Both the position numbers and the translations under genes were made by a program. A model generated the notes under the pieces. It had not been told where the DNA came from, made no database searches, and saw only the letters and a program-made list of their open reading frames with translations. Source: a virus. Taken from it: a stretch of DNA of 64,000 bases. The DNA lies in IMG/VR virus record IMGVR_UViG_3300000756_000010. One strand, 5' to 3'. This document shows positions 34,090 to 44,441 of this stretch, one piece after another. Each line of letters opens with the position of its first letter. Position 1 is the first letter of the stretch.

Positions 34090-35951
34090 TCATCGACCCG
34101 CATACAGTCGATACTTTCGAGGCTCACATCCGAGCGATGATGACGCCCGACCCCGAAGGCGATATCGTGCAATGGCTGGAAGCTAACGTGCGCGAAGTAC
34201 CAGGCTCGCCGCAGCCTGGGCCGTTCCGAGTGGAGTCCACGCCGTTTCTTGCTCCCATTCTCCGGGCGTTGACCGACCCAGAGATTACTACCGTCGTCGT
34301 ACTCGGTGCGGTGCAGATGGGGAAGTCATCCCTGCTGGAACTGTGGTCGACGTTCATCCCTGCCCGTTCGCCTGGGCCAACCTTGCTTTTGCAGGACGTC
34401 GACGACAACGCACAGGACTGGCAGAAGGATCGCCTACGTCCAATGTGGGAAGCCACGCCGGCTACGCTGTCCAAGATGGAGGACTCCGAACGCAACCAAT
34501 GGAAGAAGACCCGCTTTGAGCGTAACACCGTCTGGGTGCTGGGTGCGAATAACAAGAAGAACCTCCAGCGTCGTTCCATTCGATTCCTTGGCGGTGACGA
34601 AGTATGGCTCTGGCCCAAGGGTCACTTAAACGAAGCCTTGGCACGTCGCACGGCTTTCATCTGGCAGGGCAAGTCGCTGCTCGTCTCGCAAGGCGGCGTT
34701 GAGGGCGATGACATCACCGACCTGTGGAATCAGTCAGACCGCAGAGAGTGGACGTTCAAGTGTACGCAATGCGGTACGCGCCAAGCCTGGGAGTGGGAGC
34801 AGTTAATCTACCCTGAAGACGCACGGGAGCCGAACGGTTGGAACCTCGATAAGGTCAAGGCCGGCTGCACCTACGAATGCAAATCGTGCAAGCATCGTTA
34901 CCGAGATTCTTTTGAGGTACGCGCCGAGCTGAACTTGACCGGCGAATATACGCCAATGAACCAGAACGCTCCCAAGGGCGTCGTGGGCTTTCATTGGAAC
35001 TCGCTTTGTGCCCAATGGGGATTGGATTGGGGGAAATTGGCGGAGATGGCCATTCGTGCTAAACAAGCATTTGAAGAACACGGTGACGATGTATCTCGTC
35101 GTGAATTCAAACAAAAGAGGTTGGCTCTTTCTTGGTCAGACGACCCTGATGATGGTGGCGGCGAAGTGATGCCCCAAGGGTACAAGATGCTCGATCAATG
35201 GGACAGCGAGGCATACATGGTAGATAGCAAACTTGCAGAACCTCCGTTGAAAGAAGAATACAAGAAGGCAAAGCAGTTTGCGAGGCTGCGTTTTATGGCC
35301 GTCGATGTGCAGCGCAAAGGTTACTACTGGGTCGTCCGAGCGTGGGCGTTGGACGGCAAGTCACGCATGGTTCAATGGGGCTATTGCGATACTGAAGATC
35401 AACTGCGAGAAGCACAGAGGAAACTGGAGGTGTCAGATTTCTTTGTGTTCGTCGATTCCGGCGACGGTCCAAACACCGACACGGTTTATCGGATGTGTGC
35501 AAAGTACGCCTGGAACGCCACCAAGGGATCGGGACAAAATGAGTTTCCTTGGAGAATCCAAACGCCCTACGGGATAAAGGTGGCCTATCGCCCTTATGCT
35601 CGTGCAAAGGTTATTCAGGTCGGCCAGGCTTCCTGTAAGCTTTACCTGTTCTCAAATCTATATTTCAAAGATTCCATGTCGCGCCTTCGCAGGGCTGGTC
35701 ATCACACATACCCGGAAGACGCTGGCGATGAGTACCGCAAGCAAATGCAGTCCGAACACCGCACCAGGCAAGCCAACGGACAGGCCATCTGGCTCCCTAT
35801 TGGCGAAAGGGCTAATCACCTATGGGACGCCGAGGTCATGGGTATGCTGCCGGCCTTGATGGCAAAGTTAATCGGGCGCGGTAAGAACCGCCACGGTAAG
35901 CCCGAAGACCGAAAGCCCGACGAGAAACAATCTGCCGAAGAAACCGCTTGA
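34086..35951 (+). CDS. terL: Terminase large subunit, lambda gpA family
   Basis: Walker A GAVQMGKS, Walker B GGDE, CTQC/CKSC zinc ribbon, GFHWNSL, AVDVQ, NHLWDAEV; GTG 34086. Confidence 0.92.
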   Translation: MIIDPHTVDTFEAHIRAMMTPDPEGDIVQWLEANVREVPGSPQPGPFRVESTPFLAPILRALTDPEITTVVVLGAVQMGKSSLLELWSTFIPARSPGPTLLLQDVDDNAQDWQKDRLRPMWEATPATLSKMEDSERNQWKKTRFERNTVWVLGANNKKNLQRRSIRFLGGDEVWLWPKGHLNEALARRTAFIWQGKSLLVSQGGVEGDDITDLWNQSDRREWTFKCTQCGTRQAWEWEQLIYPEDAREPNGWNLDKVKAGCTYECKSCKHRYRDSFEVRAELNLTGEYTPMNQNAPKGVVGFHWNSLCAQWGLDWGKLAEMAIRAKQAFEEHGDDVSRREFKQKRLALSWSDDPDDGGGEVMPQGYKMLDQWDSEAYMVDSKLAEPPLKEEYKKAKQFARLRFMAVDVQRKGYYWVVRAWALDGKSRMVQWGYCDTEDQLREAQRKLEVSDFFVFVDSGDGPNTDTVYRMCAKYAWNATKGSGQNEFPWRIQTPYGIKVAYRPYARAKVIQVGQASCKLYLFSNLYFKDSMSRLRRAGHHTYPEDAGDEYRKQMQSEHRTRQANGQAIWLPIGERANHLWDAEVMGMLPALMAKLIGRGKNRHGKPEDRKPDEKQSAEETA

Positions 35952-35975
35952 CGGCACGTCGTCTGATGGTATCTT
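35948..35975 (+). promoter_or_regulatory. Sigma70-like promoter TTGACG-N16-TATCTT overlapping terL stop
   Basis: Read directly; predicted start near 35982. Confidence 0.5.
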
Positions 35976-35984
35976 ATTCTTTAA

Positions 35985-36058
35985 GCCGGCTGATCAGACA
36001 CACATACCACGGGTGGCTCTTGTGGATTGTTCATGGGGTGGGGTCAGCCGGCCCTTTT
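35985..36058 (+). ncRNA. Candidate small structured RNA
   Basis: 11-bp closing stem 35985-35995/36042-36052, internal stem, 3' T-run, upstream promoter; no family assigned. Confidence 0.35.
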
Positions 36059-36075
36059 ACACAGGGCTAAAAGCA
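36056..36075 (+). promoter_or_regulatory. Late-gene motif copy 5 (one mismatch)
   Basis: tttacacagggctaaaagca upstream of ATG 36077. Confidence 0.65.
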
Positions 36076-36076
36076 A

Positions 36077-36343
36077 ATGGCACGACCTCAAGGTATCTTT
36101 TTGATATTTGATATTTGCGACATCCTTGAGATTGTTGCCAAGGCTAAGGAATTATTGAAGCAAGGTAAGACCATGATGGAATACGCAGATTCAGGAACGT
36201 CTGTGGTCAAGGAGTTCCCGATGGACATCAGCACGGTCTTGGTCGAGGCCCGATACGCGCTGATGGTTAAAGACCCCCAGACCTATGGAAAAGTCGATAG
36301 GGTTCGGGTCATTAATCTGTTAAACAATTTCCGGGGACTCTGA
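36077..36343 (+). CDS. gpW-like head-tail joining protein
   Basis: 88 aa between terL and portal; EYADSGTSVVK hairpin as in lambda gpW. Confidence 0.65.
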   Translation: MARPQGIFLIFDICDILEIVAKAKELLKQGKTMMEYADSGTSVVKEFPMDISTVLVEARYALMVKDPQTYGKVDRVRVINLLNNFRGL

Positions 36344-37935
36344 TGCGACCTAAAAAGACCACAAAACCTGCTACTCCGCAGGTCAGGAAACCCCAGACCC
36401 CCAAGGTTGGTCGTCAAGTAGTTCCGCAGAAATCGGCTATGGGCGGCAGCGGCCCCGGTATTTTCTCTAATTTCGAGTCAGCCAAGTTCAGCAACAAGCG
36501 GTCGATGATTTGGTCGTCTTGGCCGCAGGACTTCAAGAAGACCATGACGGTGTTCGACCGCATGGAGACGACGCGCAAGATGCGCTGGCTGGAACTCAAC
36601 GCCGGTCTGATCAGGCAAGTGTTGTCCGACATGGCGTTGTATACCGTAGGCGGCGGCATCAAGGCACAGGCACAGTCTGGTGATGAAATGTGGGATGATG
36701 CCGCCGAGGCGTATTTCAAAAGGTGGGGTTCTCGTGCTTGCGATATCACGGGCAGGTTTTCTTTTTTTGAGCTACAGCACATTTGCTGCCGTTTGATGGA
36801 TCGGGATGGAGAAGTGTTTATCATCAAGACCCGTGGTCCAGGCGGCGAACCACGTCTTCAGATTATCGAGTCCCACAGGGTTGGAAATTCTTCTAGCAAC
36901 GAAGTACCGCCTGGAATGGTAGACGGCATCCTTTTTGGTCCTTATGGTCAGCCGATTTCTTACAACGTGATTCGTTCGGATGGTTCTAGCCGACTAGTGC
37001 CGGCAAACGCCGTGCTTCACTTGTACGAACCCGAACTTGCCTCTGGAGCGCGGGCGTATAGCCCCCTCCAGCACTCCATCAATAACTTGGTGGATATGCT
37101 GGAGATTCTTTCGTTAGAGAAATTGGCCGTCAAGACCACGTCTGACATCACGCGCACGATTACCCGTGAGAATCCCAATTTCGATGGGACGCAATCTGAC
37201 TTTGAAGCATTCGGTATGCGTCCGCAGGATTACGGCGACGGTATGACCGATCCGAGCGAGGCTTCAACCTTCCTCGGTGGCAAGGTGCTGGCGTTGGCAC
37301 CAGGCGAAAAACTGGAGTCCTTTGAGTCCAATCGTCCGAACAAAACCTTCGACGGATTTATCGAACATCTTGAGCGCGACTCGCTGGCGGGGATGCTTCC
37401 GTACGAATTTACAGCCAATCCCACCAAGGCCGGCGGAGCTGTTATGCGCTTCGTGGTCGCTAAGGCAGATCGCAAGTTCACGCACCGTCAAGCGGTCATG
37501 GTGCAGCGTTTCCTTACCCCCGTCTGGGGATATGTTATTGGTTGTGCAATTAAGGAAGGATATCTTCCTCCCAGCGAGTATTGGACAAATGTTTCTTGGA
37601 CCACCCCAAGGCGCGTGACCGTCGATGCCGGACGTGACGCTCAACAGAATCGCCAAGACATTGAGTCTGGCCTAAAGACTCTCACAGAAAATTATCTGGA
37701 AGAGGGTCTTGATCCAAAAGAAAAGATGCGCGAGAACGCCGCCGAAAAACGGTATCTGCTCGACCTTGCCAAGGAGTTCGATGTTCCGCTGTCGATGCTC
37801 TACAAGCCCCAGAATGTGGCACCTTCTGACATCAACGCCTCGGTATCTAACAGCGATCCAGATAAAATGGACGATGGTGCCAAGATAGTCGATGACGATG
37901 TAGACCCGGACGACGAAGAAACCTCTAACAAATAA
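36343..37935 (+). CDS. Portal protein, lambda gpB family (full length, 530 aa)
   Basis: Complete ORF; motifs as in copy 1. Confidence 0.9.
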   Translation: MRPKKTTKPATPQVRKPQTPKVGRQVVPQKSAMGGSGPGIFSNFESAKFSNKRSMIWSSWPQDFKKTMTVFDRMETTRKMRWLELNAGLIRQVLSDMALYTVGGGIKAQAQSGDEMWDDAAEAYFKRWGSRACDITGRFSFFELQHICCRLMDRDGEVFIIKTRGPGGEPRLQIIESHRVGNSSSNEVPPGMVDGILFGPYGQPISYNVIRSDGSSRLVPANAVLHLYEPELASGARAYSPLQHSINNLVDMLEILSLEKLAVKTTSDITRTITRENPNFDGTQSDFEAFGMRPQDYGDGMTDPSEASTFLGGKVLALAPGEKLESFESNRPNKTFDGFIEHLERDSLAGMLPYEFTANPTKAGGAVMRFVVAKADRKFTHRQAVMVQRFLTPVWGYVIGCAIKEGYLPPSEYWTNVSWTTPRRVTVDAGRDAQQNRQDIESGLKTLTENYLEEGLDPKEKMRENAAEKRYLLDLAKEFDVPLSMLYKPQNVAPSDINASVSNSDPDKMDDGAKIVDDDVDPDDEETSNK

Positions 37936-37938
37936 ACG

Positions 37939-39009
37939 ATGTATTCCCTTTCTAACGCATTTAAGACATTCGCGCCGATGCTCATTGAGCCGGCGAAGGC
38001 TAAAGCTTATCTTGAAAAGGTTGCCAGTTTGTCCCCCACCGACTTAAAGGCCGGAGACGAAATTGAAGACATGATGGAGATGCTCTTTGGTCCGAAGCCG
38101 ATTATGATCAAGTCGGGCGACCTTGCCATTATCCCCGTCAAGGGCGTGATTGGCTCTGGTCTCACCGAGCTGGAAAAAATGATGGGTGCCACGGACGTCG
38201 AAGATATTCAGGAGATGCTGGAAGACGCCGAGCGTGACACGGGCGTCGAGACCATTATCTTCGACTTTGATACGCCTGGTGGCACCGTGACGGGCGTCCC
38301 AGAGATGGCTGCTCGCATCCGTGCTTGTAAGAAGCGTACGGTCGGCTGGACGTGCAAGCAGTCCTGCTCCGCTGGTATGTGGATGATGAGCCAATGTGAT
38401 GAGGTTTATGTCAGCCCATCGTCCGTTGTTGGTTCTGTCGGAGTCTATATTCCTATCTACGACATGAAAGCGGCCTATGCCGAAGAAGGCATCACCGTCG
38501 ACCTAATCAAGGCAGGATGGGCGAAGGGCGCAGGATACACGGGTACGTCGATGACCACCGAGCAGCGTAAACTTTTCCAAGATGACGTCGACGAAATGCA
38601 CAACTGGTTCATTTCTGATATTCAGGCAGTTCGTACTTATGCCGACCAGGCCGATATGCAGGGGCAATGCTGGTCTGGCAAGAAGGGGGCTGAAAAGAGC
38701 CTTGTCTCTGGTCTGATGAACACTTTTGACGACCTGCTCATGGCCATCGACCCTGAAGAATACGCCATTTACGAACGTGCTGAGAAGCAGGTTCCGAGCG
38801 GTGGCCCTGCAAACCACGCCCAAATTGCTGACGTGTCGCCGGAACAGGGCGAAAAGAAAGATGATGGCGTCGAGCCTGTTTCTGACGGTAAAAAGAAGAA
38901 AAAGAAAAAGAAATCCGACGGAACTGATTCTGACGAGGACGAGGACGACAACGAAATGCCCGATCAAGAATGCCCCCCCGTGGATACTGACTGCAAGCCC
39001 AAGGCTTGA
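37939..39009 (+). CDS. S49 head maturation protease (copy 2)
   Basis: Copy of 1387-2457. Confidence 0.9.
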   Translation: MYSLSNAFKTFAPMLIEPAKAKAYLEKVASLSPTDLKAGDEIEDMMEMLFGPKPIMIKSGDLAIIPVKGVIGSGLTELEKMMGATDVEDIQEMLEDAERDTGVETIIFDFDTPGGTVTGVPEMAARIRACKKRTVGWTCKQSCSAGMWMMSQCDEVYVSPSSVVGSVGVYIPIYDMKAAYAEEGITVDLIKAGWAKGAGYTGTSMTTEQRKLFQDDVDEMHNWFISDIQAVRTYADQADMQGQCWSGKKGAEKSLVSGLMNTFDDLLMAIDPEEYAIYERAEKQVPSGGPANHAQIADVSPEQGEKKDDGVEPVSDGKKKKKKKKSDGTDSDEDEDDNEMPDQECPPVDTDCKPKA

Positions 39010-39025
39010 CACTTGGCTAAATTCA
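39006..39025 (+). promoter_or_regulatory. Late-gene motif (copy of 2454-2473)
   Basis: Offset +36552. Confidence 0.75.
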
Positions 39026-39027
39026 AG

Positions 39028-39489
39028 ATGACGCTCGAAGAACGCCTCAATTCCCTAAAAGAAGCCTTTACTGGTAAGACCGCAGAGGTTGAAGCCAAGG
39101 CCGGTGAAGTCGCCTCCTTGTCCGCCAAGGTCGAGGAAATGACCGTTGCAATGTCTGCTAAAGACGTGCAAATCGCTGAGTTCACCGCCAAGGTTACTGA
39201 ACTTTCTGAAAAGCTCGCCGCCGCTGAAGATATCCGCGCCAAGGCTGAAGCCCAGGCAAAGGAAATTTCCGCCTCGCAAGAGACCGCTGGCAAGAAGGCC
39301 GCTAACATCGCTGCCTCAGTCGGTGTCACCCCCATTGAAGTCACCCCCTCCGAGGTCGCCGCTACTTTAAAGAGCGACGCCGAGATCTCCGAGGAGTGGG
39401 TGGCTCTCAAGCAGACCGACCCCAAGGCTGCTCACGATTTCTACAGCAAGAACCGTCCGGCCATCCTTCGCGCCGCTGGTCTTCGCTGA
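39028..39489 (+). CDS. Scaffolding-like protein (copy 2)
   Basis: Copy of 2476-2937. Confidence 0.65.
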   Translation: MTLEERLNSLKEAFTGKTAEVEAKAGEVASLSAKVEEMTVAMSAKDVQIAEFTAKVTELSEKLAAAEDIRAKAEAQAKEISASQETAGKKAANIAASVGVTPIEVTPSEVAATLKSDAEISEEWVALKQTDPKAAHDFYSKNRPAILRAAGLR

Positions 39490-39519
39490 TTTCACTCTCC
39501 CCTAAACTAAATACCAACT

Positions 39520-40434
39520 ATGTCTAACAACATTGGCGGATTGACCCTCCAGCTCGTCGCTGAAGAGTCCCTTCGCACCCTCGTCCCTGAACTCGTTCCC
39601 CTGACGGAAATTGCCGTCACCGATTTCGGTAACTACGTCGCCGAGCGCGGCACCACGGTTCATACCCGTTATGCTGACGCCTTCACCGCCACGACCTTCA
39701 ACCCGGCCAACGGTTTCGTCCCTGCCGACGCTACCTCGACCGACGTCCCTGTGACGATTGCCGATCTGAAGTATGTCGATGTCGCCTTCACCGACTACGA
39801 AGCGTCCACCCTTAGCCTGGAACGCCTCCGCCGCTTGTTCTTCGCCCCGATTGCCAACGCCGTTCAGAAGTCCCTCTTCGACGACGTCCTTTCCAAGGTG
39901 ACCACGGCGAACTTCGCCACCGCTGCCTACTCCGGCGCGACCAGCGGTTTCAACCGCATCGCCGTCGCCAACGCCGCCAAGAACATGACCAAGGCGAACC
40001 TGCCTCACATCAACCGTAAGCTCCTGCTTTCGCCCGATGCCCTTGGCCAACTCGTCCAAGACCCGTCCGTCGCACAGACGTTCTCCTACGGTAACAGCGA
40101 TGTGATCCAGAAGAACGCCATCAGCAAGGAACTGCACGGTTTCTCGGTTTCCGAATACAACGGCTTCCCGACCTCCGGCTCTCCCTTCACCGAAGGACTC
40201 AACGGCGTGGCCTCCTGCAAGGAAGGTCTCGTCATCGTGACCCGTGTTCCTGCCACCCCGACCACCGGCGGTGGGGAGCAGATCGTCGTCCAAGACCCGG
40301 ACAGCAAGTTCGCCTTCGCTCTCCGCTACTGGTACAACTGGCAAGCCGGCAAGCACAATATGTCTGCCCTCTGGCTCGTCGGTTCGGCTGTCGGTAATCC
40401 GAACGCCCTCCAGCGTATCGCCTTCACCTCGTAA
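39520..40434 (+). CDS. Major capsid protein (copy 2)
   Basis: Copy of 2968-3882. Confidence 0.85.
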   Translation: MSNNIGGLTLQLVAEESLRTLVPELVPLTEIAVTDFGNYVAERGTTVHTRYADAFTATTFNPANGFVPADATSTDVPVTIADLKYVDVAFTDYEASTLSLERLRRLFFAPIANAVQKSLFDDVLSKVTTANFATAAYSGATSGFNRIAVANAAKNMTKANLPHINRKLLLSPDALGQLVQDPSVAQTFSYGNSDVIQKNAISKELHGFSVSEYNGFPTSGSPFTEGLNGVASCKEGLVIVTRVPATPTTGGGEQIVVQDPDSKFAFALRYWYNWQAGKHNMSALWLVGSAVGNPNALQRIAFTS

Positions 40435-40525
40435 TCAACCGAGGTAACTTTCGGGGGAGTTTAAAATCCCCCAAAGCGACAATGCGAAGCCCTCTCCCCG
40501 CGCCACGGGGGGAGGGTTTCTTATT

Positions 40526-40545
40526 TTGACAATGGGCTAAACCCA
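40526..40545 (+). promoter_or_regulatory. Late-gene motif (copy of 3974-3993)
   Basis: Offset +36552. Confidence 0.75.
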
Positions 40546-40883
40546 TGTCGGGAATCACGGACGAATGGGCTTTAGACGCCTCGGAAATCCTTTCCGAGAT
40601 ACCTAAGGCTGTGACGGTTAAAAACGTCCCAGCGGGGACGCCAGTAGCCTTAAACGCCCTAATGTCACAGCCGGCCATCATGCAGGACATGGAAACCGGG
40701 GGCTTTATGAATCAGACGTCGTTCGACATAAAGTTCCTGCGGACAGACGCTGTCGCTAATCCGGGGCTGATTGCCTTTGGGAATGTGGTGGTCTATGGGG
40801 GTCAGGAGTTTCGTATTATGACGGTTACCGACCGTCTTCCTTCCGCCTGGGTCATCGTCAAAGTCCAGACCAAGGTTCAGTAA
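40545..40883 (+). CDS. Head closure protein (copy 2)
   Basis: Copy of 3993-4331. Confidence 0.55.
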   Translation: MSGITDEWALDASEILSEIPKAVTVKNVPAGTPVALNALMSQPAIMQDMETGGFMNQTSFDIKFLRTDAVANPGLIAFGNVVVYGGQEFRIMTVTDRLPSAWVIVKVQTKVQ

Positions 40884-41848
40884 TGGCCTTAGTGGTCACA
40901 GTCCGAAAGGGCGTCAAGGTGGACTATACTGAGTTCGCCAAGCATATTGCTTTGTACATGATGGTCATGCGTAAAAGCATTACGGAAGTCGTAAAGCAGC
41001 AAGCGCGGCTGTTCGCCAAGGATATGTGCGACTTTACCCCTCCGTTTTCTGGATCAGTTCCGACAATTAGCAAGGGTGGCGAGGGAGGCTTTGGAAGCAA
41101 AGCTCGCAACAAAGGACGAGCCGCTGTCAGCCGGGATGTCCGCAAGATTTTCGCCCCCATCGCTCAAGCCCCCGCCGCAGGGGTGGCCGCTGCCGGCAAC
41201 ATTGGGATTCTGAATGCATGGATGAATGCCAAACTCAAACTGCCAGCTCCCCACCAGCCCGAATACATTTTTAAGATGGTTGCCGAACGGGGCATCATTG
41301 GCCAAGGCGAGTTTGACTACTTTAAGAGGATTGAAGCTCGGCAGGGTTCACCCCGCACCCGTTTTATCATGGGTACGACTCAAGGCTCCATCAAGTCCAT
41401 CCACGAACAGCGGCGCGGCAAACCGTCCTACAGGGTTTATGAAACTTCTAAAAGCGAGAAAGTGTATGTTGATAATTGGAGTCCCGTTGAACGATACATT
41501 AAGCAAGTCCAACAGCGCGTAGGAAAACTGAAGTCTGGCTGGTACTATGCTGGCCAGCAACTCGGCAAGATGCCCACTTCCGCCTGGATTGCCAATCAGG
41601 GGTCAGGCACAATGGTCTATTCTCCTCGACTTACCGGCCCCGATCCAATCGTTAAACTAGGCTCCACCATAGGCCGCAACTACAGCCAAGGCTACCACTT
41701 CATGCGGATGGCTATGAACCACCGTGCCTTTGCGATGAGAGTGGCCATGCTCAAGCATTTGCAAGCCCCGCGCAACCACGGCAAACTTGTCGATGTCATC
41801 CGCCGGCTCCAAGGCGGTTTCGACCTATCCCTTACCAATACACCCTAA
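40883..41848 (+). CDS. Neck / morphogenesis protein (copy 2)
   Basis: Copy of 4331-5296. Confidence 0.45.
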   Translation: MALVVTVRKGVKVDYTEFAKHIALYMMVMRKSITEVVKQQARLFAKDMCDFTPPFSGSVPTISKGGEGGFGSKARNKGRAAVSRDVRKIFAPIAQAPAAGVAAAGNIGILNAWMNAKLKLPAPHQPEYIFKMVAERGIIGQGEFDYFKRIEARQGSPRTRFIMGTTQGSIKSIHEQRRGKPSYRVYETSKSEKVYVDNWSPVERYIKQVQQRVGKLKSGWYYAGQQLGKMPTSAWIANQGSGTMVYSPRLTGPDPIVKLGSTIGRNYSQGYHFMRMAMNHRAFAMRVAMLKHLQAPRNHGKLVDVIRRLQGGFDLSLTNTP

Positions 41849-42291
41849 TGCCCCCCCCTACCTTCTTCAGTTTCCGCACCGTCCTTGAGAACAAGGTGGC
41901 TGCTTACCTTGCACCGCTGTTCCCAGGCGTCACCGTCAATAAGGGCGTGACCGACGAGATTCGGGTCATCCCAATTATCATTGCTCATGCCGAGTCCAGC
42001 CAAGCCGTCCCTGACCTTGGTTCAGAAACCCTTGGCAATTACACGGCTACCCTTAAACTGTACATCTACTCGTCCGCCGACGACGAGACCCTTGAAGCCC
42101 ATCGGGCAAGGGTCGTTGAGGTCATCGGTGCTATGCGCGATGTGCCATCTCTCCAAGCCCTTTGGAATCCGCTTACCGATGGCCAGCTTTACGATCTTTG
42201 GATTGCTAACGACGAGGAAGGCATGAGCCAACGCCGGTATGGTAACGTCATCGAATATACCGTTTGGGGGGTCATGCCGACCGCTCCTTGA
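41848..42291 (+). CDS. Tail terminator-like protein (copy 2)
   Basis: Copy of 5296-5739. Confidence 0.5.
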   Translation: MPPPTFFSFRTVLENKVAAYLAPLFPGVTVNKGVTDEIRVIPIIIAHAESSQAVPDLGSETLGNYTATLKLYIYSSADDETLEAHRARVVEVIGAMRDVPSLQALWNPLTDGQLYDLWIANDEEGMSQRRYGNVIEYTVWGVMPTAP

Positions 42292-42307
42292 CACTTGGCT
42301 AAACTCA
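42288..42307 (+). promoter_or_regulatory. Late-gene motif (copy of 5736-5755)
   Basis: Offset +36552. Confidence 0.75.
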
Positions 42308-42314
42308 TACGACT

Positions 42315-42644
42315 ATGGCAATTGATTACGGCGTAGCACATTTTTACGGTCTTTATGGTACGGTCACCTACATGACCCTTCAGTCTGACTCCCTGTCCCA
42401 GACGTTCAAGCTCGACGTTGAAGTCCCAGATGAGGTCGGCAGGGTTATCACGGATCGCCTGGACGATATGTTCCAAGAACTGAGTATCGAAGGCGTCCTC
42501 AAGGATGGCACGACCCCAGAAATCGGAACCCGGTTTGTTTATCTTGGTATCAATTGGATTATCAAGTCTCTTGAAGACAAGGGTACGAACAAGGATTTCC
42601 GTAAGTGCGCCATCAAGGCCGTTAAGTACTCGCAAATCGCCTAA
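42315..42644 (+). CDS. Putative tail tube protein (copy 2)
   Basis: Copy of 5763-6092. Confidence 0.55.
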   Translation: MAIDYGVAHFYGLYGTVTYMTLQSDSLSQTFKLDVEVPDEVGRVITDRLDDMFQELSIEGVLKDGTTPEIGTRFVYLGINWIIKSLEDKGTNKDFRKCAIKAVKYSQIA

Positions 42645-42658
42645 CAGGGCGGCATCCG

Positions 42659-43255
42659 ATGGATGCTCGCTACCTGAAGGCAACGACAGTCCTGTCCCAC
42701 CAGAACAAGGTGTGTGGCAGGACTCTTCGTGCTTTCTGTTTGCGGCATAGGGTGGCCTTGGAAGCCATCGGGTCTCCGTTCCTCGATCCGAGTAAGTCCA
42801 AGTTCGACCCGGTGCAGGTCGTTATGGCTGCGCGGATTCTATCAACCTATGACAAGGAGGAGATGTCACGTCCTATCTCCATCATCGAAAAACTGTACAT
42901 TGCCCGCATGGCAATGAGCAAAAAGTACTACTCGCGCTGCATTGGAACCATCCTTGGGTGCATCCAAGTGTCCCTTTCTTACCCCAAGTTCTGGGAAAAG
43001 GATGATAATAAAAAGGAAAACAAGAGGTTTGAATCCATCCCGTTCCCGCTGTCCTGCGTTTCTAGCCTATGCCGGAACGGCGTCGGCTTAGAGGAAGCCT
43101 GGACGATGCCGGAGGGCGAAGCAGTCTGGATGTCTGTTGCCAACGCTATTTACAACGGTGCCAAGCTCGACGTGATATCCACAGAAGAGGAAAAAGAACT
43201 TGAGAAGTTTGATGAACGAATTGAGGCTTACAAGAAAGCCAACAACCATAACTGA
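42659..43255 (+). CDS. Tail assembly chaperone (copy 2)
   Basis: Copy of 6107-6703. Confidence 0.55.
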   Translation: MDARYLKATTVLSHQNKVCGRTLRAFCLRHRVALEAIGSPFLDPSKSKFDPVQVVMAARILSTYDKEEMSRPISIIEKLYIARMAMSKKYYSRCIGTILGCIQVSLSYPKFWEKDDNKKENKRFESIPFPLSCVSSLCRNGVGLEEAWTMPEGEAVWMSVANAIYNGAKLDVISTEEEKELEKFDERIEAYKKANNHN

Positions 43256-43260
43256 CGTAC

Positions 43261-44439
43261 ATGGCCGATTTATCAGTAACCATTGGACTAGATCAAAAGG
43301 AACTTGAGAAAGGTCTTTCTCAGGCAGGTAGGTCGATTGGTGGTATGGGCGGCAAGGGCGGTGCTGAAAACCCTTTCCAAGGTGCTGCCAACCAGCTCGG
43401 AACCGCGCAGGGTATTGGCAGTCTTATCGCCGGTCCTATCGGTGGTTTGATTGGTGGTTTCCTTGATGCGTTTGGAGGCATGATTGCGTCTGTAATGGCT
43501 AAGGTTAAGGAACTAGCCGATTACGCCCAGCAACTGCGTATTACATCCTTAAAGACCGGCCTGGGGATTGACCAAATTCGGCAACTTGAGGCTATTGGAC
43601 AGGCTTTTGGCGTCAGCCTTCAAACTATGTCTGGGTCGGTCGTTGAGTTCACGCGCCGCATGGGTGAAGCTCGGATCAAGGGCGGAGAGGTGACGAACCT
43701 TCTCGCAAAGATGGGCGTCGGTATGGATGAGATTGCCGACGGGAGTTTTGACGCCACCAAAGCAATGAAGTCGTTGGCTGACTCTTACGCTGCCGGAACC
43801 GATGAAGCCACTCTGCTATACTACGGAACTAAATTGTTTGGCGACTCGTTCAAGGACTTGCTACCAATTATTAAGGCTGGGTCAAAAGCCATTGAAGACG
43901 CATCCCAAACTTACCTTGAAGCGAATTCCGATGCAACTGCATCCCTAGGAAGGTTTGGTCAGGATTTGGATAATATCGGACGAACAATCAAGAATTTCTT
44001 TATCAATCTGCTTGGAAGCGTTGTACAAATGATTGAAGAAATCCAGTTTCAAGCAGCCAATTTTTTCACCCTTGGTACATGGAATCCCTTTGAATCCCTT
44101 GAAGACGAGGTCTCCCGTAAACTAGAGAACGCACCTAAGTACATGACCGCCGAAGAAAGGGCTAAGTTTGTCCTTGAAGAAATTGACGACGACAAGAAAG
44201 AGGCTGCTAAAAAGGAAATTGAAAAGCAGCAAAAGGGTAATGGTAAAATCCTAACTCCCTTTGGACTATCCGAAGCCGGCGCGGCGTCCCAGCTCCAGCA
44301 AATGGGCGGTGGCGACGTCTTCGGGGCGGTGGCCTTCTCGCCCATTGAACGGATTGCTACGGCCACCGAAGAGACAGCGTTAAACACTCGCCCAGGCTTA
44401 GTCCCTGCCCCACGTCCGTTGGACGATCTATCAAGATAA
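43261..44439 (+). CDS. Tape measure protein (copy 2)
   Basis: Copy of 6709-7887. Confidence 0.75.
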   Translation: MADLSVTIGLDQKELEKGLSQAGRSIGGMGGKGGAENPFQGAANQLGTAQGIGSLIAGPIGGLIGGFLDAFGGMIASVMAKVKELADYAQQLRITSLKTGLGIDQIRQLEAIGQAFGVSLQTMSGSVVEFTRRMGEARIKGGEVTNLLAKMGVGMDEIADGSFDATKAMKSLADSYAAGTDEATLLYYGTKLFGDSFKDLLPIIKAGSKAIEDASQTYLEANSDATASLGRFGQDLDNIGRTIKNFFINLLGSVVQMIEEIQFQAANFFTLGTWNPFESLEDEVSRKLENAPKYMTAEERAKFVLEEIDDDKKEAAKKEIEKQQKGNGKILTPFGLSEAGAASQLQQMGGGDVFGAVAFSPIERIATATEETALNTRPGLVPAPRPLDDLSR

Positions 44440-44441
44440 TT

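Noticed and set aside
35985-36052. Hammerhead ribozyme or tRNA reading of the terL-gpW element
   Set aside because: CTGATCA does not match CUGANGA, there is no GAAA core, and no cloverleaf or T-loop is present.
1-36552. Stop-codon reassignment
   Set aside because: All hallmark genes are full length in the standard bacterial code, and TAA, TAG and TGA are each used as real stops.
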